From Candidatus Hydrogenedentota bacterium (GTDB lineage: Bacteria; Hydrogenedentota; Hydrogenedentia; Hydrogenedentales; SLHB01), in NCBI GenBank assembly GCA_045863295.1, contig BTWA01000014.1:84879-148878 (forward strand): a stretch of DNA of 64,000 bases, read 5' to 3'. Both the position numbers and the translations under genes were made by a program. Positions 56,971 to 64,000 of the stretch are shown here, piece after piece (the stretch's first letter is position 1; each line of letters opens with the position of its first letter). A model generated the notes under the pieces. The model saw only the letters and a list, made by a program, of their open reading frames with translations, did no database searches and had not been told where the DNA came from.

Positions 56971-59900
56971 ATGCCGCGATTACTTGTGCCTATCATCTTT
57001 GTCATTTCGATGCTCGCGTTGCCTGCCGTTGCCATGAATTTCCTGTGGACGCGGACCACCGGCCAATTCCGGTATGAATCGACCCCTGTGCTTACCGATA
57101 CCAATGGCGACGGGCAGCAGGAAATCCTCGGCGTGAACAATGGCGGGCAGGTGTTACTTTGGTCAATGCATGGAAAAGATATCGGAGCGGGTCAGGACGG
57201 AATGGTGACTGCGTTGCCCGAGGGCGTCTGGACCTCGTCACCTGCAATATACGCTGCGAAGGAACACTGGTTGGCTGTTTTTGTCAGCACGGACGGTCTC
57301 GTCGTCGCGTTGCGCGCAGACTGGTCCCTTGCATGGCAGGTGCAACTGACCGGCAAGACCCAATGGAGTCGTGCTACACCACTGATTATCACAGATTCCG
57401 GAGAAGTCCGGTTTATTATTGGAGATCTAAGTTCAACGGTCACGTGTATATCGTTATCAGGCGATGTAGTTTGGAAGCGACTTCTTCCAAGTGAAGGAGG
57501 TTGCTCGGCTCCTTTGCTCCATGCGGAGTTTGAGGGGGCGGGGCATATACTGGCTCCTTGCGGAAGCGTGCTGCATGACCTGAAGGTCGACGGTACTGTC
57601 ATGGGCGCTTGGGATTTGTCCGGCCGGATACTCTCTCAACCGTTGGCGTATTATTCTGGCGATATTGTGCGCCTCTTTTGCGGCGCGGGTTCGGGCGAAC
57701 TCTTTGCGCTGAATGTGGACCACAGCATCCGTTGGACGGCCCACGTGGGCGACGAGATAGACACCTCCATCGCGGTGTTGCCGAGGACCGGAGAGGAGCC
57801 GCTTGTCGTGTGTACCGGTCTGTGGGGAAACGTACATGCTTTTTCCCTTGATGGACAGCACGTGTGGACACACGTATTTCGTGCCAAGAGCCGGACCAGA
57901 CCGCTCGTACACGAAGTAAATGGCGACGGATCGCTCGATTTGCTAGTGGCCGCATATGACCAGCACGCCTATGCAATCGATGCCGAAGGCAATCGGATCG
58001 ACGATATACGTTTGAGTGGCGCGATTAACGCATCGCCGATTGTGTTGCCCCGTGAAAGAACGAAGGACGTATTGTTTGTCAGCGCTACGCTTCTCGCGCA
58101 CTGTTTTGAGACAGGACCCGTTCGCCTGCCGTTCGCGATTGACGACGTTGCGCCCACGGCGGAGGTACGGGCAACGATGGATACTTCCACCGGGCATCCA
58201 ATGATTGTCGTCGAGAATCCTTCGCGTGCACAGATCGCCGTGAACGCGTCGACCATGGCGGAAAGTGGGGGAGTGCGTGTAGTCGGAGAGATTACGGCCC
58301 AGGATGTCGTGGCTATACCCCTCTCCGGAGTGTCCTCCGGCAGCCCTATTGCCGTTACGATCAAAGACGTGAAAGGCAATGTGCTGTTCGATCATCCGTT
58401 GGATATACCAGCAATCCAACGTGCAGCCACGGTCGAAGGTGAGTCGCTGGCCGCGTGGGAAACGCCCTCGTACGCGGATTTCGACCCCAGCCGTCTCGCA
58501 GCGACTCCGGCGGAAATGGCTTGGGGGGCTCTCCCGGATCGGTCCCCGGTACTGTATCGCGGAGAGTGTGGACAAGTCGCGGTCGTGGTGGCGAATAGGG
58601 GGGACAAGAGTGTGCAGGCCGTCGCCGAAGTGTTGCAGCCCAAAGGGGACGGCGATCGCAGTTTTAGCGGCGCATTACGACTACGCGAGGTCGTCGTCGT
58701 GGAGACCCGAGATGGCGGCTGGGTTCCGGATGCGCTGCCCGAATTGGGCAATGAGTCCATGGTTACTATTCCTCCAAAGCAAGCCGTGAAGATTTGGATA
58801 TCCATTGCCACGGTGGAAACGCTGCCGGGTCCGTATCGATCCGAATTGACCCTCTCGCCGTTGTCGTCCGGCGTAGCGCCCGTCACAATCCCCATTGAAT
58901 TTGCTGTATCACCGCTCGTGTTGCCCAAAAGCAATCTAACATTTTGCACTTGGGATTATTTGCCCAATCAGTGGTTTGGATCGCATACAGACGAAAACTT
59001 AGATGACATGTTGGCGCATGGCGTCGATGTGTTTCCTCGCACGGTCTTACCGGCTGCTCGAATGGAAAATGGCGCACTGACGATCGACTTCGATGCATTC
59101 AAGTCGGAATTGGATCGATTGGCGGGCCGGGGAACTTTGCTCGTACAGTTGGCAGAGCCCGCCATTGCGGGTAGCGAGAATCTCAACGCAGAAGACGTAA
59201 AGCGTCTCCAAGTGGAGTATATTCGCGCGCTGAGGGATTTTCTTCTGTCGAACGGCTGGACGTATGATCAATTTGCCTTGTATCCGGTGGACGAGCCCGG
59301 TTTGGACTATGGCCCGCGTGTGCCGGTGTTTATCCGGGCGGCCCAACTTTTCCGTGAAGCCGATCCAGAGTTGAGGATATATACAGATCCGGTTCCTGGA
59401 CTTTCGTTGCGGGATTTTGAGGCCATTGCGCCCTTGGTGGATGTGTGGTGTCCAAACATGCGTATGACCACCGGCTTGCTGTTCGAGGACCCGCGCATGA
59501 AGGCCATGATGGCAAGCAATGGGCCGGTTTGGTCTTACGAATGCATCGCGGACGTGAAATCCACCTCACCCCTGCGTTACAACCGGGGCAACGCATGGCG
59601 GGCCTACTATTTTGGATTGGACGGTATTGGGCATTGGACGTATAGCACAACGCAGGCCAATCACTGGCACGGGAACCCGGAGACGAACGACGAGTACGCC
59701 CTGGTGTATCCCGGTGAACGCCCGGTTCCCAGTGTGCGTTGGGAAGCCGTACGGGATGGCTTGGAAGACATCGCGGCGATGCACATGCTCAAGGACCTCA
59801 TCGCGGAAGCCAGTAAAGAGTCGAAGGAACGCACCGTGGCGTGGGAGACTGCCACGAGAGTAACCGGCAGTCTTCTCGAATGTGTCGACGATGCCTTTGT

Positions 59901-60051
59901 AGAAAGCCGGGATTATCTGAGAGCAGGCGACCGCACGGTGTGGCATACGTGGTGGGATGCGCTTGCCTTTGACAAGGCACGTAACGATATCGAGCGAGTT
60001 ACCCTCGAATTGCAGAAAGCCAACGCGGCGGTGTCCGTCGCGGCAAAGTGA
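56971..60051 (+). CDS. secreted PQQ-like/FG-GAP beta-propeller fused to a GH123-like (DUF4091) catalytic region
   Basis: Signal peptide; DTNGDG and EVNGDG plus W-repeat propeller blades; YPVDEP, VDVWCP, WSYEC and LVYPG...PSVRWEAVRDGLED motifs. Confidence 0.8.
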   Translation: MPRLLVPIIFVISMLALPAVAMNFLWTRTTGQFRYESTPVLTDTNGDGQQEILGVNNGGQVLLWSMHGKDIGAGQDGMVTALPEGVWTSSPAIYAAKEHWLAVFVSTDGLVVALRADWSLAWQVQLTGKTQWSRATPLIITDSGEVRFIIGDLSSTVTCISLSGDVVWKRLLPSEGGCSAPLLHAEFEGAGHILAPCGSVLHDLKVDGTVMGAWDLSGRILSQPLAYYSGDIVRLFCGAGSGELFALNVDHSIRWTAHVGDEIDTSIAVLPRTGEEPLVVCTGLWGNVHAFSLDGQHVWTHVFRAKSRTRPLVHEVNGDGSLDLLVAAYDQHAYAIDAEGNRIDDIRLSGAINASPIVLPRERTKDVLFVSATLLAHCFETGPVRLPFAIDDVAPTAEVRATMDTSTGHPMIVVENPSRAQIAVNASTMAESGGVRVVGEITAQDVVAIPLSGVSSGSPIAVTIKDVKGNVLFDHPLDIPAIQRAATVEGESLAAWETPSYADFDPSRLAATPAEMAWGALPDRSPVLYRGECGQVAVVVANRGDKSVQAVAEVLQPKGDGDRSFSGALRLREVVVVETRDGGWVPDALPELGNESMVTIPPKQAVKIWISIATVETLPGPYRSELTLSPLSSGVAPVTIPIEFAVSPLVLPKSNLTFCTWDYLPNQWFGSHTDENLDDMLAHGVDVFPRTVLPAARMENGALTIDFDAFKSELDRLAGRGTLLVQLAEPAIAGSENLNAEDVKRLQVEYIRALRDFLLSNGWTYDQFALYPVDEPGLDYGPRVPVFIRAAQLFREADPELRIYTDPVPGLSLRDFEAIAPLVDVWCPNMRMTTGLLFEDPRMKAMMASNGPVWSYECIADVKSTSPLRYNRGNAWRAYYFGLDGIGHWTYSTTQANHWHGNPETNDEYALVYPGERPVPSVRWEAVRDGLEDIAAMHMLKDLIAEASKESKERTVAWETATRVTGSLLECVDDAFVESRDYLRAGDRTVWHTWWDALAFDKARNDIERVTLELQKANAAVSVAAK

Positions 60052-60057
60052 GAGCAC

Positions 60058-60909
60058 ATGCAAAACACAACCATTGCCGTGGACGAAGGACCGTTTCCAA
60101 CTTTTGACGGTTTGGAGCTGTATCATCGGAGTTGGTCCCCTCAGGGTCAAGCCACGGCCGCGGTGATCATTGTCCACGGCTATGGCCACCACAGCGGCAG
60201 TTTTGACGAAACCGGGCGCAGGCTGGCTGCGGAGGGCTTTGCAGTACTGGCGTACGATCAGCGCGGGTTTGGCAAGGCCGGCGGGACTCGCGGCAACATC
60301 GTTTCTTTCGACACGACACTGCGCGATCTCGATGCGTTTTTTGCGTACAGTGCCGATGTAATCGGCGATTTGCCGTTGTTTCTGATGGGGCACAGCCTGG
60401 GCGGTCTCATCGGGGCGAACTACGCGATTACGCGCCAGCCCATTGTGAATGGCCTTGTTTTCAGCAGCGCGCTTCTAAAATTGCCTGACCGGGTGTCGCC
60501 CACGTTGCTCAAACTATCCGCTGTCATCAGTACGTTATTGCCGTTCTTGCCCGTGGAACGAATAGACGTCACCGCTATCAGCCGCGATCCATCGGTTATT
60601 GATAGGGCATTGAACGACCCGCTTTGCCACTACGGACCCGTGAACGCGCGCACCGGCGATCAGATTGCCCGCGCCATCCGGCATGCCCAGGAGCATTTTC
60701 CACTCATCAACGCGCCGATTATTGCATTTCATGGAACGGCAGACAGGCTCACCGACCCCGAGGGAAGCCGTACCCTGGTTGCCAAGGCGGTTGTGGAAGA
60801 CAAGACGCTGCTGGAATTCGACGGCGGTTATCACGAGTTGTTCAATGACTTGGAAAGAGAGTCGTTTTTTAAGGCAATCATTGCTTGGCTACTTGAACAT
60901 GCACAGTGA
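60058..60909 (+). CDS. alpha/beta hydrolase, lysophospholipase/monoacylglycerol lipase family
   Basis: IVHGYGHH, DQRGFG, GHSLGG (nucleophile), HGTADRL and YHELFND motifs. Confidence 0.95.
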   Translation: MQNTTIAVDEGPFPTFDGLELYHRSWSPQGQATAAVIIVHGYGHHSGSFDETGRRLAAEGFAVLAYDQRGFGKAGGTRGNIVSFDTTLRDLDAFFAYSADVIGDLPLFLMGHSLGGLIGANYAITRQPIVNGLVFSSALLKLPDRVSPTLLKLSAVISTLLPFLPVERIDVTAISRDPSVIDRALNDPLCHYGPVNARTGDQIARAIRHAQEHFPLINAPIIAFHGTADRLTDPEGSRTLVAKAVVEDKTLLEFDGGYHELFNDLERESFFKAIIAWLLEHAQ

Positions 60910-60922
60910 TCCCCGGCTGTTG

Positions 60923-61882
60923 TTACAAACTCGCCAAGGCTGCTATTTCAGCCATAACGCTTTCAGAATCTGTTAGAGACAAATGCGGGCAAATCTGAAT
61001 ACCGGCCAAATCCGATATCCAGTCTGTATAGCTTTGTACCGGCTTGAACGAGCGTGTCTCAGTTGTATATTTGCGGATTATGTCTTTCGATGCAGAATTA
61101 GGTAATTCCATTCGGTCAATGATTCGGGCGGCAGACCACGCTAACAAGTAGGCAGATGAGAAGATTGAGGTCCCGGGCACCGTGGACTTCCCCTCGGATA
61201 GTCGCGTCTCGTTCACGAAATCGGTAAATTCTTTGGCGGCAATCAAATCCATTCGATACCATTCTTCCAGCCATGGAAGGCTTTTGCCTTCGGTGTCCAG
61301 TTCTCCCAGAATGTAGGGAAGCACCGTCCATGCGATAAAGCAGGCGGCATCCGGTTCTACAGTTGAGCCTTCTTTGCGTTTTGTCACATAGGTTTCCAGT
61401 TCGAGCATCGCGGCATCGAAAAGCACCTCTTTCTCCATCAAAGAGCCATTAATGGAAATGGACATGCACTTGGCAAACCGGAAATCGTATAGGGCTAGAT
61501 ATTGATTCTTGTACACAATGTCGTCACCGTGGCGCGTACTCGCAAATGGAGGAATGCAGTCACGCGAAAACATCTCCTGCCGCAGGAGCGTCGCCAACGT
61601 TTGGGATATGCTTTCCTGTTTCACAACGCCTAATAACTGGGCTCGGCGGTCTTCGATTTCCTTTACTGCTTTCTTGCCCCGTTCATGCTCTTCAGGCGTG
61701 GCAAAGAGCCGAAATGGCCGGGCAACCGGTGTCGAGGGCATTTCCTGAGCAGATGGGGCCAGCGCTTGGAAGGTAATCAACAATGCAGGCAGGAAGAACG
61801 AATGAATGAGTCTGAAGACGGTTTCGTGTTGATGGCAAGAAGTACAAATTGCGCTCACAATTGAATACCTCATACGTCTCAA
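60923..61882 (-). CDS. hypothetical protein (probably secreted)
   Basis: 319-aa ORF with no competing long ORF; hydrophobic signal-like segment ending APSA; no recognised family; start uncertain. Confidence 0.55.
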   Translation of the reverse strand: MRRMRYSIVSAICTSCHQHETVFRLIHSFFLPALLITFQALAPSAQEMPSTPVARPFRLFATPEEHERGKKAVKEIEDRRAQLLGVVKQESISQTLATLLRQEMFSRDCIPPFASTRHGDDIVYKNQYLALYDFRFAKCMSISINGSLMEKEVLFDAAMLELETYVTKRKEGSTVEPDAACFIAWTVLPYILGELDTEGKSLPWLEEWYRMDLIAAKEFTDFVNETRLSEGKSTVPGTSIFSSAYLLAWSAARIIDRMELPNSASKDIIRKYTTETRSFKPVQSYTDWISDLAGIQICPHLSLTDSESVMAEIAALASL

Positions 61883-62002
61883 AGTTAGCCGGAGCTAGAA
61901 TTTGCGTGTGACTGTGGCATGAAAAGTGGATTGCAGCAATACCATAGGGTCGTGTGGTTTACGCAAAAAGTAATCTCGTGACAGACGATGCATCGCCAGC
62001 AC

Positions 62003-62434
62003 CTAGTGTAACGTGCGTTTAGTTCGTGGAAATGTCATTGTCGTGAGCAGAAAATCCACCACATCCTCTTCCCGCGATATGGTTGTGTAGAAATTGGCGC
62101 TGGATCGGGGAAATGAAACGATTAGTGTTTTGTCGGACTTGAACGAGTTTTGTGCAGGTTGACCGTTGAATAGCGCTTCCTTGTACCACAGCGCCTCTTT
62201 CTTGGCGCTTTGTGCGTAGTTTCCAGACATTCCACCAATGTCGTAGTGGATGGTGCATGCTCCCCGTTTGACTATCCTGCCGACACGGGAGTCAATTCCC
62301 TGCAACGGCTCATGGATGTAGCCTGGCAGCATTCGGGTTGACCCGGGAAGGGTGCCGGTTGTGTCGGCGATACCTGATCCAGCCAAGACAATCGCCAATA
62401 CCACGATGCGGAACGAGGTAAGTGTCTGCTTCAT
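62003..62434 (-). CDS. hypothetical secreted protein
   Basis: GGAGG RBS before ATG 62434; signal peptide; LPGYIHEPLQGIDSRVGRI...YDIG segment. Confidence 0.7.
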   Translation of the reverse strand: MKQTLTSFRIVVLAIVLAGSGIADTTGTLPGSTRMLPGYIHEPLQGIDSRVGRIVKRGACTIHYDIGGMSGNYAQSAKKEALWYKEALFNGQPAQNSFKSDKTLIVSFPRSSANFYTTISREEDVVDFLLTTMTFPRTKRTLH

Positions 62435-62507
62435 CGTCAGCCTCCGAGTTGATAGTACAACCGATGTGAGTTTACCACCTTGAGCGCATCGTGGGGCGGA
62501 CGGGTGC

Positions 62508-62537
62508 TTGACTTGTGTGCGGTTGAGTTTGTACACT
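62508..62537 (+). promoter_or_regulatory. rRNA operon promoter candidate P1
   Basis: TTGACT-N18-TACACT. Confidence 0.5.
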
Positions 62538-62597
62538 CCGGCCTCGCTTTGAGCAACCACCCCCAAAGGGAGCAAACCAAGGGGTGTGCTTGCGAAA

Positions 62598-62800
62598 GAC
62601 CTCAAAAAAGGGGTTGACATCGGTGGGTCGAATCTGTAGACTCTTGCCCTTGTCGCCTCCGGAACGGCTTAACGGTGGTTCTTGAGGGGTTGGCAAAGCG
62701 GACCTCAAAAAAAGAGGTTGACATTGGCAGGTCGAATCTGTAGACTCTTGCCCTTGTCGCCTTCGGAACGGCCTTGCGGCGGTTCCTGAGGGGTTGGCAA
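62598..62800 (+). repeat. tandem ~100-bp duplication, each copy carrying a sigma70 rRNA promoter (P2, P3)
   Basis: 62598-62696 and 62701-62800 are near-identical. Each has an A-tract and TTGACA-N17-TAGACT (62614/62637; 62718/62741). Confidence 0.92.
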
Positions 62801-62932
62801 CGTCCGGGCCTAACGGCCTCTACGCCGGGTATTTCGGGGTTCTGCTCCTTCCGTGCATAGGCTCAAAGCCGCCAATCGGTTTTGTTGCCGGATGGCGTTG
62901 GTGATGCAAGTTGTCTGTGAGGACGATGAGTG

Positions 62933-62961
62933 TTGACAGCGCCCCAATCCGGTGCTAGAAT
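62933..62961 (+). promoter_or_regulatory. rRNA operon promoter P4
   Basis: TTGACA-N17-TAGAAT with a TGn extension. Confidence 0.8.
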
Positions 62962-63095
62962 ACGATGTTGTGCGGTGGCGATTTGGGCTAGCCGCTGCGA
63001 GGGTTCGCCCTCGCAATTCTGAGGTGGAAACACTTCACAACCTACCTGAAGACAACGGGTTATCCGTGTCTTTTAGTGGGTGCAGTTGATACGTC

Positions 63096-63106
63096 GCTCT
63101 TTGAAA
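63096..63106 (+). promoter_or_regulatory. boxA antitermination element in the rRNA leader
   Basis: GCTCTTTGAAA matches rrn boxA, about 170 nt upstream of 16S. Confidence 0.75.
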
Positions 63107-63271
63107 GTTGAATACGATGCATGCCCTGTAAAAATGACAACTGTCATGTGCGGGCGCCGGTTGGAACTCCGGTTCTGGCCGAGTGCCTTTAATCCATGCA
63201 CAAAGTCTTACTCCGATTAGACTTTGTGCGAGTTCAGTCTATAACAGGACTTCGGTTCTGTTGTAATTTTT

Positions 63272-64000
<729 letters not shown>

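Noticed and set aside
61830..61850. CTSCH (CxxCH) haem-c motif near the start of the 61882 ORF
   Set aside because: Lies before the signal-like hydrophobic segment, where it would not be exported for haem attachment; probably chance or outside the true start.

Overview
A 64-kb stretch of a GC-rich bacterial chromosome with about 46 plausible protein genes, the RNase P RNA gene (rnpB) and the 5' part of a 16S rRNA gene at the right edge. I saw no tRNA, CRISPR array, transposase, integrase or phage gene. Housekeeping anchors are rplM-rpsI, rnpB, dinB, glnK-amtB, flgK and the rRNA operon. Accessory content includes: (1) the tail of a radical-SAM cluster (three B12-dependent, HpnJ-like enzymes plus one SPASM/twitch enzyme); (2) a membrane Ser/Thr kinase coupled to an ELWxxDGT beta-propeller protein; (3) an 11-kb exported catabolic gene run (two ceramidase-family paralogues, a PVC-type haem-c dehydrogenase, a deacetylase, a DegT aminotransferase and a GH-like TIM barrel); (4) two tandem PKD-repeat surface proteins; (5) a Tat sulfatase / GH123-like / lipase run. 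The gene style and a 16S EUB338-III-type signature suggest a PVC-related or Hydrogenedentota-like lineage (inference only). The most unusual element is 46188-47621. It is an intact ORF that tracks the N-terminal half of Type IIG restriction-modification enzymes motif by motif, but with the nuclease and SAM-binding motifs eroded. It sits behind a near-consensus sigma70 promoter and a 226-nt hairpin-rich leader, between a sigma54-driven glnK-amtB operon and an orphan sigma28-driven flgK. All family assignments come from motif recognition by eye and from memory; no searches were run.
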